From Spirochaetia bacterium (GTDB lineage: Bacteria > Spirochaetota > Spirochaetia > CADAEX01), in the NCBI GenBank assembly GCA_045606105.1, contig JAZURI010000010.1, positions 64,001-128,000 on the forward strand: a stretch of DNA of 64,000 bases, read 5' to 3'. The notes beneath the pieces are model-generated. The model made no database searches and was not told the origin of the DNA. It saw only the letters and a program-made list of their open reading frames with translations. Each line of letters starts with the position of its first letter. Position 1 is the stretch's first letter. Below, in pieces: positions 28,660-38,735 of this stretch. The translations under genes and the position numbers were made by a program.

Positions 28660-28676
28660 TGTTCAATTATAGAACA
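28660..28676. promoter_or_regulatory. Imperfect palindrome, candidate operator of the MarR-like regulator
   Basis: TGTTCAA-TTA-TAGAACA (6 of 7 bp arms) at the head of the glycan operon. Confidence 0.45.
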
Positions 28677-28727
28677 TTTTACTTTATTTGTTTTTATAAA
28701 TCAATAATTATTTGATATATATAATAT

Positions 28728-28754
28728 AAAAAAAGGAGCTCTCAGAGCTCCTTT
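28728..28754 (-). terminator. Intrinsic terminator of ahcY-metK
   Basis: Minus strand AAAGGAGCTC-TGA-GAGCTCCTTT followed by a T run. The metK stop codon forms the loop. Confidence 0.7.
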
Positions 28755-29896
28755 CTTATTGCTTCTGCCATATCTGTCTTTTCCCAGGAAAAAATATCCC
28801 GGCCGAAATGACCGTAGGCTGATGTCTTCTGGTAAATCGGCTTCTTGAGATCCAGAGTCCGGACAATTCCTGCCGGTGAAAGATCAAAGAGCTTCCTTAC
28901 AGCCTTTTCGATGCCCTTTTCCTCAACCTGTGCGGTTCCGAAGGTATTTACCATTACAGAAACGGGAAACGGTACTCCGATGGCATATGCCAGCTGTACC
29001 TCGCATCTTGTACAGACTCCCGATGCCACTATGTTCTTGGCTATGTATCTGGCCATGTAGGCTGCAGATCTGTCCACCTTGCTTGGGTCCTTCCCAGAGA
29101 AGGCACCTCCTCCGTGACGCCCCATTCCGCCGTAGGTATCAACTATGATCTTGCGGCCTGTAAGACCGGTATCTCCGTGAGGTCCGCCGATAACAAAACG
29201 CCCTGTAGGATTGATGAAATACTTGATGTCTTCGGTTCCGAAATCGGCCTCTGTCAGCACCGGATTGATTATGTCGGAAATGATGGTATCCCTGATTTCG
29301 TCATAGCTTATATCCTCATCATGCTGATGGGAAACAACCACGGTATCAATTCTTTTCGGAACAAAGCCCTCGTATTCTATGGTTACCTGGCTCTTGGCAT
29401 CCGGTCTGAGCCATTTTATTGCCTTGCTCTTTCTCAGTGCTGCTGCCCTGATAAGAATCTTGTGAGCCAGCATGATAGGAGCCGGCATAAGCTCCTTGGT
29501 CTCATTGCAGGCAAATCCGAACATGAGCCCCTGGTCCCCGGCTCCCTGCTCCCCTTTGTAGAGACCTGTTCCGGAAACTCCCTGGGAAATGTCCGGCGAC
29601 TGGTTGTGGATAACATTGAGAACTGCCATGGAATCGCAGTCCAGGCCGTAATCTGCCTTTGTATATCCGATATCCCTTGCCACTTCGCGGGCAATCTGCT
29701 GGATATCCACATATGTTTCGGTGGTTATTTCCCCTCCGATGAGCACCATTCCTGTGGTTGCAAAACATTCGCAGGCCACCCTTGATTCGGGATCCTCCCT
29801 GAGACACGCATCCAGAACTCCGTCTGAGATCTGGTCACAAAGCTTGTCGGGATGCCCTTCGCCCACCGATTCCGATGTAAAAAGATAATTCTTCAT
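28742..29896 (-). CDS. metK: S-adenosylmethionine synthetase
   Basis: [30 protein letters not shown] and GGGAFSGKD. Confidence 0.98.
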   Translation of the reverse strand: MKNYLFTSESVGEGHPDKLCDQISDGVLDACLREDPESRVACECFATTGMVLIGGEITTETYVDIQQIAREVARDIGYTKADYGLDCDSMAVLNVIHNQSPDISQGVSGTGLYKGEQGAGDQGLMFGFACNETKELMPAPIMLAHKILIRAAALRKSKAIKWLRPDAKSQVTIEYEGFVPKRIDTVVVSHQHDEDISYDEIRDTIISDIINPVLTEADFGTEDIKYFINPTGRFVIGGPHGDTGLTGRKIIVDTYGGMGRHGGGAFSGKDPSKVDRSAAYMARYIAKNIVASGVCTRCEVQLAYAIGVPFPVSVMVNTFGTAQVEEKGIEKAVRKLFDLSPAGIVRTLDLKKPIYQKTSAYGHFGRDIFSWEKTDMAEAIRKEL

Positions 29897-29905
29897 TCCT
29901 TTTCC

Positions 29906-31330
29906 TTAATATCTGTAATGCTCCGGCTTGAACGGACCATCCACAGAAACGCCTATATAATCTGCCTGTGCCTGTGTAAGCTTTGTCAGCTTAACTCCGA
30001 TCTTTGAAAGATGGAGTCTTGCCACCTCTTCGTCCAGCTTCTTAGGGAGACAGTAAACCTTTTTCTCAAGCTCATCCTGCTTTTCCCAGAGCTCAATCTG
30101 TGCCAGAGCCTGGTTTGTAAAGGAATTTGACATTACGAAAGAAGGATGTCCTGTTGCACAGCCCAGGTTAACAAGTCTTCCCTCTGCCAGGATGTAGATT
30201 GATTTTCCGTCAGGGAATACATACATGTCGTACTGAGGCTTGATGTTTACTTTTTTGATTCCTTCGATTTCATTGAGACGACCCACCTGGATTTCCATAT
30301 CGAAGTGACCGATATTGCATACAATGGCCTGATCCTTCATTCCCTTCATGTGCTCGGCGGTAATGACATCACGGTTTCCGGTGGCTGTAACATAGATGTC
30401 GGCCCATCCCTGTGTATCCTCCACAGTCTTTACCTCGTACCCTTCCATTGCAGCCTGAAGCGCACAGATCGGATCTGCCTCTGTAACTATAACTCTTGAC
30501 CCCATGCCTCTCAGCGACTGGGCAACTCCTTTTCCCACATCCCCGTAACCACAGACAACCGCCACCTTTCCTGCCACCATTACATCGGTTGCTCTCTTGA
30601 GACCGTCCAGCATGGATTCCCGGCATCCGTAGAGGTTGTCAAACTTGCTCTTGGTAACAGAGTCGTTTACATTGATTGCAGGAATAAGAAGCTTGTTCTC
30701 TGCAGCCATCTTGTACAGACGGTGAACGCCTGTGGTTGTCTCCTCGGAAACACCTTTCAGCTCCTCCATGATTCTGTGCCATCTGTCCTTGTCTTCATTG
30801 TAGATACGACCCAGGGTCTTCAGCAGCTGGAGCTCATCCTCGCTTTCCGCCTCCTTGTTGAGAAGCTCGGGATTTTCCTCGATTTCATATCCCAGATGAA
30901 CCATAAGGGAAGCATCCCCTCCGTCATCCACGATAAGCTGAGGTCCTTTTCCTTCCGGAAATGATATTGCCTTGTAAAGAAGCTCCCAATATTCGGAGAT
31001 GGCCTCTCCCTTGTATGCAAATACCGGAACTCCTGCCGGATTTTCTGCTGTTCCTGGACCCACCACGATACCTGCAGCAGCATGATCCTGTGTGGAGAAG
31101 ATATTACAGCTTGCCCACCTTACATCTGCACCCAGATGAACCAGTGTTTCTATAAGAACTGCTGTCTGAATGGTCATGTGAAGGGAGCCTGTGATCCTGA
31201 CCCCTCTGAGAGGCTGAGCGTTGCCGTACTTCTCCCTGACAGCCATAAGGCCGGGCATTTCGAACTCGGAAATGGTGATCTCTTTTCTGCCCCATTCATG
31301 CAGATTAATGTCTTTTATCAAATATTCCAT
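29906..31330 (-). CDS. ahcY: Adenosylhomocysteinase
   Basis: [47 protein letters not shown] and C-terminal HYRY. Start at MEYLIKD after GGAG. Confidence 0.97.
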   Translation of the reverse strand: MEYLIKDINLHEWGRKEITISEFEMPGLMAVREKYGNAQPLRGVRITGSLHMTIQTAVLIETLVHLGADVRWASCNIFSTQDHAAAGIVVGPGTAENPAGVPVFAYKGEAISEYWELLYKAISFPEGKGPQLIVDDGGDASLMVHLGYEIEENPELLNKEAESEDELQLLKTLGRIYNEDKDRWHRIMEELKGVSEETTTGVHRLYKMAAENKLLIPAINVNDSVTKSKFDNLYGCRESMLDGLKRATDVMVAGKVAVVCGYGDVGKGVAQSLRGMGSRVIVTEADPICALQAAMEGYEVKTVEDTQGWADIYVTATGNRDVITAEHMKGMKDQAIVCNIGHFDMEIQVGRLNEIEGIKKVNIKPQYDMYVFPDGKSIYILAEGRLVNLGCATGHPSFVMSNSFTNQALAQIELWEKQDELEKKVYCLPKKLDEEVARLHLSKIGVKLTKLTQAQADYIGVSVDGPFKPEHYRY

Positions 31331-31391
31331 ATAAATCTCCAATTATAAAATATCACTTTTATTTTTTTTGATAAAGTGTTATCCTTTAAAT

Positions 31392-32480
31392 ATGCTCAGG
31401 GTACTGGTTTTTACCATAGCTTTTTTCCTCGCATTTCTCATAAATCTCGGTGTTACACCGCTTCTCATCAGGATTTCCCACAAATTCAAGTGGTATGATA
31501 CCATTGATGAAAGAAAAATTCATCCCGACAGGATGCCCCGTATAGGCGGAGTAGGTATTTTTGTCGGCTTTGCGGCAGCAGCCTTTGTATATGTCGTAGG
31601 TTGTCATATCTTTGATGTGAAGGAGCTGAACGATCTTTCAAAATATTCCCACCTGTTATTGGTTATCGGATTTTTTATCATAACCTCAATGGGTCTTATG
31701 GATGATTTCCTGAATCTGAGAGCCAGGCTCAAATTTGTTATACAGATAATTGCAGCCCTGTGTATATCTCTCGGCGGCTTCCACTTCCATGTCATCCACA
31801 TTCCGGGAACCGAAATCGGCTTTGAACTGAATCCTGTCATTGCCCATGCCCTTACTGTACTCTGGATAATTGCCTTCTGCAATGCCATAAACCTTATGGA
31901 CGGAATGGACGGCCTGGCCGGCGGTATCTCCTTTATCGGAGCTGTTTTCTACATTATCCTTTTCGGTCTTTCATCCAACTTCACCGCAATGGCGGTTTCA
32001 GCCTGTATACTGGGAGCTATATTTGCCTTCCTTTTCTACAACTTTCCTCCTGCAAAAATATATATGGGGGATTCAGGGAGCCTTCTGCTGGGCTTTTCAA
32101 TGGCGGTAATACCCCTTATCAACAACCAGCCTCCCGTTTCCAGCAATGTCCTTCTCCCTGCTCTGCTGATCTTTATCATTCCTGTAATGGATATGCTGGC
32201 AGCAATTCTCAGGCGACACAGAAGAAAACGCTCCATATTTTCGCCGGACAGGGAGCATCTTCATCACAAGCTTCAGGATTTCGGTCTTCCGGTAAAGGGA
32301 GTACTGGCGCTTATCTATTCCTTTTCCGCACTGGCCGGTATATGTGCACTGATTTTCAGCTCCATAGACAACGGTGCCTTTGCCATGCTTTTTTTCTTTG
32401 CGGTGTGGTTCTTCTATGTAAGTCTCTTCCTGATTGTCCATTTCAAGAACAGGGCCAGAAAGAAGCAGCGTTATAACTGA
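31392..32480 (+). CDS. wecA: WecA/TagO-like undecaprenyl-phosphate GlcNAc-1-phosphate transferase (GT4/MraY family)
   Basis: RKIH, PRIGG, GLMDD, NAINLMDGMDGLA, YMGDSG and DREHLHH. Confidence 0.9.
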   Translation: MLRVLVFTIAFFLAFLINLGVTPLLIRISHKFKWYDTIDERKIHPDRMPRIGGVGIFVGFAAAAFVYVVGCHIFDVKELNDLSKYSHLLLVIGFFIITSMGLMDDFLNLRARLKFVIQIIAALCISLGGFHFHVIHIPGTEIGFELNPVIAHALTVLWIIAFCNAINLMDGMDGLAGGISFIGAVFYIILFGLSSNFTAMAVSACILGAIFAFLFYNFPPAKIYMGDSGSLLLGFSMAVIPLINNQPPVSSNVLLPALLIFIIPVMDMLAAILRRHRRKRSIFSPDREHLHHKLQDFGLPVKGVLALIYSFSALAGICALIFSSIDNGAFAMLFFFAVWFFYVSLFLIVHFKNRARKKQRYN

Positions 32481-33313
32481 GGTTTTTCAAGACAGAACCG
32501 GCATATCCTTCCGTCTCTTATTTCGGTCAGGAATATTCTGGAGGCCTTTTCCGTATCCACCTTTCCCCCTGAAACCAGACAGCCCCTTTTCCTGCCGATA
32601 AGCTCCAGAAGCTCATAGTCCCCCAGCTCAAGATCCTTTTCCTCAAGCCCGAATCTTTCGGCCAGCTTTTTCGGATAGAGATTCCTGAACAGCTCTATTC
32701 CCTTGGCTGCAATATCTTCGCGGAAGAGAATTTCGTCGTTTATGCTTCCGAGAACCGCCAGCTTTTCCCCCACGGCAGGGTCCTCGAACTTATGCCAGAG
32801 AATACCCGGTGTATCCATTACCTTCATGGAGGCAGATATTTTTATGGACTGTGAAACATCCCTGGTTACTCCCGGCCTGTTCTCCACTTTTCTGGAGCCC
32901 TTTCCCGACAGATAGTTGATTATGGCCGATTTTCCCACATTCGGAACACCCATTACCATGGCTCTGACAGCCCTTCTGCCTGCCCAGTTCATGTTCCTGC
33001 AGAGATATTTTCCCTTTTCGATAAGCTGTGAAAGGTTTTTGCCTGTCTTTGCCGATATCTGGACCACGGCAATGGAATCGTCGGTCCTGAGATACCTTTC
33101 CCACTGGCCCAGCAGGTTGGGATCTGCCAGATCGGCCTTGTTGAGAACCACGATACGGGGCTTTTTCCCTACAATTTCGCTGATCATGGGATTACGGCTT
33201 GAGAGAGGAATCCTGGCATCCAGCACCTCGATTACAATGTCGGCCTTGCAGAGATTTTCCTTTATGAGCCGGACAGCCTTGGTCATGTGTCCGGGAAACC
33301 ATTGTAGCGGCAT
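32471..33313 (-). CDS. rbgA: Ribosome biogenesis GTPase RbgA/YlqF
   Basis: QWFPGHM, DARIPLSSRNP, NKAD, GVPNVGKS and DTPG. Confidence 0.95.
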   Translation of the reverse strand: MPLQWFPGHMTKAVRLIKENLCKADIVIEVLDARIPLSSRNPMISEIVGKKPRIVVLNKADLADPNLLGQWERYLRTDDSIAVVQISAKTGKNLSQLIEKGKYLCRNMNWAGRRAVRAMVMGVPNVGKSAIINYLSGKGSRKVENRPGVTRDVSQSIKISASMKVMDTPGILWHKFEDPAVGEKLAVLGSINDEILFREDIAAKGIELFRNLYPKKLAERFGLEEKDLELGDYELLELIGRKRGCLVSGGKVDTEKASRIFLTEIRDGRICRFCLEKPQL

Positions 33314-33316
33314 AGC

Positions 33317-34192
33317 TTATCCTACTTTAATTAAAATCACTCCCAAAACCATAAAGAGGATTCCGAGAATCTTGTTGACTGTAATCCTTTCCCGGAGAAA
33401 AATAAAGCCCAGGACAGAACCCAGAACCACGGATATTTCCCTTATCGGTGTAACATAGCTGGCCTTGGCTTCGGCAAACATGGCATAGATAAAAAGGATG
33501 ATTCCGTAGGAACCCATGATTCCATATCCTATTATGGCCGAATATTTCCATTCCTTCAAGAACAAATTTTTCACCCCTTCCCTGCTTCTGAGAGCCCCGG
33601 TGAATACGAAAGGGGTAAGGATGGCCATGGCAAACAGCTCCTGCAGATTGAAATAGACCAATGGATTGCAGTAGGTGACCCCCACCCTGTCCACCAAGGT
33701 ATACATTACAGTGCTGAACCCCAGAAAAAAGGCAAAACGCTGGCTTTTTACATTGTTGAGGAAATCCCGTATCTTATATCCCTTGCTCATGCCGAAAGCC
33801 ATGATACCGCAGATAATGAGTCCGATTCCCCATCTGGCAGCCCCTGAAACCGTTTCTCCCAGGATAAGCATGCTGAATATTGTTATGAAAAGGACACTTG
33901 TTCCCCTGGAGAGAGGATAAGCAAGTGAGATATCCCCGATCTTGTATGACTTTATTATCAGTATGTAATAAAGGTCGTCAGCCAGGGCAGCTACAAGAAG
34001 AAAGGGGAGACACCTGAAGTCAAAGCCGGTGTTATTGATTATCAGAAGCGAAACAGGCAGCAGAGTTACATTAGCTAACCAAAGTCCCATGACCATTACA
34101 GGCAGGTCCGATGCTTTTTTCTTGCTGAAAAAATTCCAGATTGCGTGCAGTGTACCGGAGCACAGAGCCAGAGCAAAAATGGCAGCATTCAT
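33317..34192 (-). CDS. EamA/DMT-family transporter (paralog 1)
   Basis: Ten TM segments, LHAIWN, GDISLAYPLSRG and PIREISVV. Confidence 0.88.
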   Translation of the reverse strand: MNAAIFALALCSGTLHAIWNFFSKKKASDLPVMVMGLWLANVTLLPVSLLIINNTGFDFRCLPFLLVAALADDLYYILIIKSYKIGDISLAYPLSRGTSVLFITIFSMLILGETVSGAARWGIGLIICGIMAFGMSKGYKIRDFLNNVKSQRFAFFLGFSTVMYTLVDRVGVTYCNPLVYFNLQELFAMAILTPFVFTGALRSREGVKNLFLKEWKYSAIIGYGIMGSYGIILFIYAMFAEAKASYVTPIREISVVLGSVLGFIFLRERITVNKILGILFMVLGVILIKVG

Positions 34193-34196
34193 TTTT

Positions 34197-35072
34197 CTAT
34201 CCTAATTTTATAAAGATTACTCCCATAACCATAAACAGGATTCCTATAACCTTATTGACAGTCACCCTTTCTCTCAGAAAGATAAAGCCCATGATAGAGC
34301 CCATTACCACCGACATTTCCCTTATTGGTGTCACATAACTGGCCTTTGCATCGGGAAACAGAGCATAGATGGAAAGAATCAGTCCGTAGGAGACCATGAT
34401 TCCGTATCCGATTATAGCTGCATATTTCCACTCATCCTTTATAAGCTTGCTTACACCATTCACTGTCCTGAGGTTTCCGGTAAACACAAACGGGGTAAGA
34501 ACCACTATTGCAAGAAGCTCCTTCAGATTGTAATAGACCAGAGGGTTGCTGTATGTCACCCCATATTTGTCTATAAGGGTGTAGGCAACAGTGGTAAATC
34601 CGAGAAAAAAAGCGAAACGCTGATTCCTGACATTTCTCAGGAAATCCCGGACCGTATACCCCTTGCTCATACCGAAGGCCAGGATACCGCAGATTATAAG
34701 GGCAATTCCCCTTTTTGCCGGTCCTGAAACCGATTCTCCCATAAACAGCATGCTGACAATGGTGATGAACAGCACACTGGTTCCCCTTGATAAAGGATAT
34801 GCCAGTGAGATGTCTCCCAGCTTGTACGACTTTATTATAAGGATATAATAAAAATCATCTGCCAGCGCTGATAAAATCATATACGGAAGGCATCTCGGAT
34901 CAAATCCAAAATACTCTATGATTATCAGTGATAAGGGTAGCAGGGTAATATTTGCCAACCACAGTCCCATTACCATTACCGGTAAATTTGATGCCTTCTT
35001 CTTGCTGTAAAAATTCCATACCGCGTGTAGTGTTCCGGAGCACAGTGCTATGGCAAATATTGCCGCACTCAT
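34197..35072 (-). CDS. EamA/DMT-family transporter (paralog 2)
   Basis: Same length (291 aa) and motifs as the adjacent paralog. Confidence 0.88.
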   Translation of the reverse strand: MSAAIFAIALCSGTLHAVWNFYSKKKASNLPVMVMGLWLANITLLPLSLIIIEYFGFDPRCLPYMILSALADDFYYILIIKSYKLGDISLAYPLSRGTSVLFITIVSMLFMGESVSGPAKRGIALIICGILAFGMSKGYTVRDFLRNVRNQRFAFFLGFTTVAYTLIDKYGVTYSNPLVYYNLKELLAIVVLTPFVFTGNLRTVNGVSKLIKDEWKYAAIIGYGIMVSYGLILSIYALFPDAKASYVTPIREMSVVMGSIMGFIFLRERVTVNKVIGILFMVMGVIFIKLG

Positions 35073-36728
35073 TTATTTCGACCAACCATCCTTCAGAGAT
35101 ACACTCCTGTTAAAAATCAATTTATTCTCTGTGGAATCCTTGTCAGGAGAGAAATATCCCTGTCTCAGGAACTGGAAATATTCTCCCTTTCCGGCCTCTT
35201 TCAGAGAAACCTCTGCAAAGCAGCTTCCGAGCACCTTACAGGAATCCGGATTGAGATGATTTATGAAATCTCCCTCCTCGTCCGGGTTTTCCTTGGAGAA
35301 GAGCCTGTCATAAAGACGGACCTCCACCTTGGTATTCTCTGCCGCACTTACCCAATGGGATGTTCCCTTGACCTTCCTTCCGTCCTCTGTCCAGCCTCCG
35401 CGGCTTTCAGGGTCGTAGGTACAGTGGATAAGGGTTACATTTCCCGCTTCATCTGTCTCGTAGCTTGTACAGGTTACATAATAAGCATGCTTGAGTCTGA
35501 TTTCCTTTCCCGGTGAAAGTCTGAAATACTTCTTAGGAGGATCAATCATGAAGTCCTCTCTTTCGATGTAAATCTCTTTGCTGAAAGGAATTAACCTGCT
35601 TCCGCCATTCTCGTCCTCCGGGTTGTTTTCCCCTTCGAACCATTCAATTTTATCTTCAGGATAGTTGTCGATGACCACCTTTACGGGATCCAGCACCACC
35701 ATCCTTCTGAGTGCTCTTTTGTTCAGGTCCTCCCTGAGACAGTATTCCAGCAGTGCGATATCCACGATACTGTCCATTTTGGCCACACCGATCTTTGCCG
35801 CAAAGTCCCTGATGGATTCCGGGGAATAGCCCCTTCTCCTGAGGCCTGAAATAGTAGGCATTCTCGGATCGTCCCATCCGCTTACATACCCTTCCTTCAC
35901 CAGCCTGAGAAGCTTTCTCTTGCTCATTACGGTATAGTTAAGGTTCAGGCGGGCAAACTCGATCTGCTGCGGATGATGCATTCCCGGCAGCTGCTCAAGG
36001 AACCAGTCATACAGCGGTCTGTGGCTTTCGAATTCCAGGGTACAGATGGAATGGGTGATTCCCTCCACGGAATCCTCAAGTCCGTGAGCCCAGTCGTACA
36101 TAGGATAGATGCACCACTTGTTTCCCTGTCTCGGATGCTCGGCCCTTACTATTCTGTACATTACAGGATCTCTGAAGTTAAGGTTTCCGGAAGCCATGTC
36201 AATCTTGGCACGCAATGTCTTAGAACCGTCGGGAAATTCTCCGTTCTTCATTTTTTCGAAAAGCTCCAGGTTCTCCTCTACGGTGCGGTTTCTGTAAGGA
36301 CTCTCCTTTCCAGGCTCTGTGAGTGTTCCCCTGTATTCCCTTATCTCTTCTGCGGAAAGATCATCCACATAGGCCTTTCCTGCCTTGATGAGATCCACAG
36401 CCAGCTCATACATTTTTCCGAAATAGTCGGATGCATAATAAAGGTGCTGTCCCCAGTCAAAGCCCAGCCACCTTACATCCTCCTGGATTGATTCTATATA
36501 TTCTGTCTCTTCCTTGGCCGGGTTGGTGTCGTCGAAACGGAGATGTGTTTCACCGTTGTACTGCTTTCCCAGTCCGAAATTCAGGCAGATAGATTTTGCG
36601 TGTCCGATGTGCAGATAACCATTCGGTTCGGGAGGAAATCTGGTAATGACCTTACCGCCGTTCTTTCCTTTGCCGATATCCTCTTCAATGATTTTCTGGA
36701 TAAAATTTTTTAATACTACCTCTTCCAT
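35073..36728 (-). CDS. glnS: Glutamine--tRNA ligase
   Basis: [28 protein letters not shown] and GWDDPRMPT. Confidence 0.97.
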   Translation of the reverse strand: MEEVVLKNFIQKIIEEDIGKGKNGGKVITRFPPEPNGYLHIGHAKSICLNFGLGKQYNGETHLRFDDTNPAKEETEYIESIQEDVRWLGFDWGQHLYYASDYFGKMYELAVDLIKAGKAYVDDLSAEEIREYRGTLTEPGKESPYRNRTVEENLELFEKMKNGEFPDGSKTLRAKIDMASGNLNFRDPVMYRIVRAEHPRQGNKWCIYPMYDWAHGLEDSVEGITHSICTLEFESHRPLYDWFLEQLPGMHHPQQIEFARLNLNYTVMSKRKLLRLVKEGYVSGWDDPRMPTISGLRRRGYSPESIRDFAAKIGVAKMDSIVDIALLEYCLREDLNKRALRRMVVLDPVKVVIDNYPEDKIEWFEGENNPEDENGGSRLIPFSKEIYIEREDFMIDPPKKYFRLSPGKEIRLKHAYYVTCTSYETDEAGNVTLIHCTYDPESRGGWTEDGRKVKGTSHWVSAAENTKVEVRLYDRLFSKENPDEEGDFINHLNPDSCKVLGSCFAEVSLKEAGKGEYFQFLRQGYFSPDKDSTENKLIFNRSVSLKDGWSK

Positions 36729-36740
36729 TTTTACTCCAAT

Positions 36741-37595
36741 TTATTCCAATATCTCAAAGATTCTCTGAAGATCTCTCTGAGAAAAATAAGAAATTTCAAG
36801 TTTTCCTTTGCTCAGGGTCCCTTTTATGGAAACCTTGGTTCCAAGCCTGTCCATGAAGCGCTGCTCCGCCTCCTCTATTTCCCGGCTCTTGGTGCTGCCC
36901 CTTACGGTGATGTCGGGGCCCTTCTCTCCGTTCAGTTCCGCAGCCATCTTTTCTGCCTGTCTCACTGTAAGACCTGCACTTATTATCTTATCGAAAAGGA
37001 CCTTTCTCTTCTCCTCGGCATCTACCGAAAGAATTGCCCTGGCATGTCCTGCGGAGATATCGTTCTTTCCCAATGCCTCCTGCATTTCGGGTGCCAGCCT
37101 GAGAAGCCTTATGCTGTTGGCCACTGTGGAGCGTTTCTTTCCTACTATCTTTGCCAGCTCCTCCTGACTGTGACCTCCGGAAACCATAAGGGCGTTATAT
37201 GCCATAGCCTCCTCTATAGGGGTAAGGTCCTTTCTCTGAATATTCTCTATAAGGGCAATTTCCAGCTTCTCATGCTGTGAAAATGTACCGATTATAATAG
37301 GAATCTTGTCCATTCCGGCCATTCTTGCCGCTCTGTAGCGCCTTTCACCGGCAATAATCATGTACCGGTCACCCTTTTCCTCAACAAGAATAGGCTGGAT
37401 TATTCCCTTTTCCTTGATCGATTCAGCCAGCTCTTCAAGGGATTCCCTGTCAAACTCCTTTCTCGGCTGATCCGGATTCGGAACTATGCTGTTTATGTCG
37501 GCAAACTGCTTATCCGTTTTTTCCCTGCCGTTGTCCTCATAGGAGCCCCGCATGAGAGCATCCAGCCCCTTTCCCAGTCTTTTATCCCTAGACAC
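36741..37595 (-). CDS. parB: Chromosome partitioning protein ParB
   Basis: LGKGLDAL, PNPDQPRK, AGERRYRA and ENIQRKDL. Confidence 0.96.
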   Translation of the reverse strand: MSRDKRLGKGLDALMRGSYEDNGREKTDKQFADINSIVPNPDQPRKEFDRESLEELAESIKEKGIIQPILVEEKGDRYMIIAGERRYRAARMAGMDKIPIIIGTFSQHEKLEIALIENIQRKDLTPIEEAMAYNALMVSGGHSQEELAKIVGKKRSTVANSIRLLRLAPEMQEALGKNDISAGHARAILSVDAEEKRKVLFDKIISAGLTVRQAEKMAAELNGEKGPDITVRGSTKSREIEEAEQRFMDRLGTKVSIKGTLSKGKLEISYFSQRDLQRIFEILE

Positions 37596-38343
37596 GACTC
37601 AACACCTCTTCTGCTAATTTTTTATATCCTGCAGCTGCCAGACAGTCAGATCTGTAGAGATTGATAGGCATGCAATGGGACGGAGCCTCTGCCACCGCCA
37701 CATTACGAGGGATTACAGTCCTGAAAACCTTATCCTTGAAATAATGAGTTACATTTCTGACCACTTCATTGGCAAGCTTTATTCTGGAATCATACATTGT
37801 AAATACGATTCCCCCTATCTTAAGCTCCGGATTCATCCCTTTTCTGATGGTATTTACTGTCTGGACCAGGAGACTGAGCCCCTCCAGCGCAAAATACTCA
37901 CACTGCATGGGAATAATGATGTAATCTGCGGCCACCAGCCCGTTCAATGTAAGAAGACCAAGGGAAGGGGGACTGTCGATGAAGATATAATCCCATTCAT
38001 CCCGCACCTCTGACAATACATTCCTGAGAAACCGTTCATTGTCTGCCTCGTTCACAAGCTCCACTGCTGCCCCCGAAAGGTTTATATTGGAGCTGATTCC
38101 GCTGAGATTCGGCACCTTGGTTTCCTGAATTACCTCTTTTATATCCTTTAATCCGGAAATTGCTTCATAAATACCGGCGCACTCCTTATCCAGACCGGCA
38201 AAGGTTGAGAGATTTCCCTGGGGATCGAAATCCACCAGCAACACCCTTTTCCCTTTTTCGGCAATGTATGCGCCTAAATTAACGGCTGTGGTTGTCTTAC
38301 CTACGCCGCCCTTCTGATTTGCAAAAACAATTATTTTAGCCAT
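37588..38343 (-). CDS. parA: Chromosome partitioning ATPase ParA/Soj
   Basis: NQKGGVGKTTT, DPQGN, QCEYFALEG and EAPSH. Confidence 0.96.
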   Translation of the reverse strand: MAKIIVFANQKGGVGKTTTAVNLGAYIAEKGKRVLLVDFDPQGNLSTFAGLDKECAGIYEAISGLKDIKEVIQETKVPNLSGISSNINLSGAAVELVNEADNERFLRNVLSEVRDEWDYIFIDSPPSLGLLTLNGLVAADYIIIPMQCEYFALEGLSLLVQTVNTIRKGMNPELKIGGIVFTMYDSRIKLANEVVRNVTHYFKDKVFRTVIPRNVAVAEAPSHCMPINLYRSDCLAAAGYKKLAEEVLSRV

Positions 38344-38443
38344 CCGGGTTTATTATAACCAAGTTTATTTGTTTTGTCTTTAATTTTTTTGATATTGCTA
38401 TTTTTTTGCATATGGTTTAATAGTTAACTAAAAGGAGTCAATC

Positions 38444-38671
38444 ATGAAAGATAAAGTAAGCGCAGCTATCCAGAATATCAGACCAAGCCTCCAGGCTGAC
38501 GGCGGAGATATCGAACTTGTAAGTGTTAATGAAGAAACAGGAGAAGTTCTTGTAAAGCTCCAGGGTGCATGTCATGGCTGCCCTATGGCTAAGATTACAC
38601 TCAAGAATGGCGTTGAAGCATATCTCAGAAAAGAGGTTGCAGACAATATCGTTGTTGAAGAAGCAGAATAA
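38444..38671 (+). CDS. NifU/Nfu-like Fe-S cluster protein
   Basis: IRPSLQADGGD and GACHGCP (CxxC), with an AGGAG RBS. Confidence 0.93.
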   Translation: MKDKVSAAIQNIRPSLQADGGDIELVSVNEETGEVLVKLQGACHGCPMAKITLKNGVEAYLRKEVADNIVVEEAE

Positions 38672-38687
38672 TCTGTTTTATTTCATT

Positions 38688-38720
38688 AAAAAAGGCGGCT
38701 TTTCACAGCCGCCTTTTTTT
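38688..38720. terminator. Bidirectional intrinsic terminator between the nifU-like gene and gyrA
   Basis: AAAAAAGGCGGCT-TTTCAC-AGCCGCCTTTTTTT. Confidence 0.88.
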
Positions 38721-38735
38721 GTTTCACGTGAAACA
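38720..38735. promoter_or_regulatory. parS: parS centromere site
   Basis: Perfect palindrome TGTTTCACGTGAAACA, the widespread parS consensus, about 380 bp upstream of parA. Confidence 0.93.

Noticed and set aside
31331-31391. Possible SAM/SAH riboswitch ahead of ahcY-metK
   Set aside because: Only about 60 bp of AT-rich DNA, with no room or motifs for an aptamer.
33317-35072. EamA tandem as an assembly duplication or repeat array
   Set aside because: The copies differ at many synonymous and non-synonymous sites, consistent with a real older paralog pair.
35073-36728. GlnRS as a novelty in a spirochaete-like genome
   Set aside because: glnS is patchily distributed but well known, and the sequence is ordinary.
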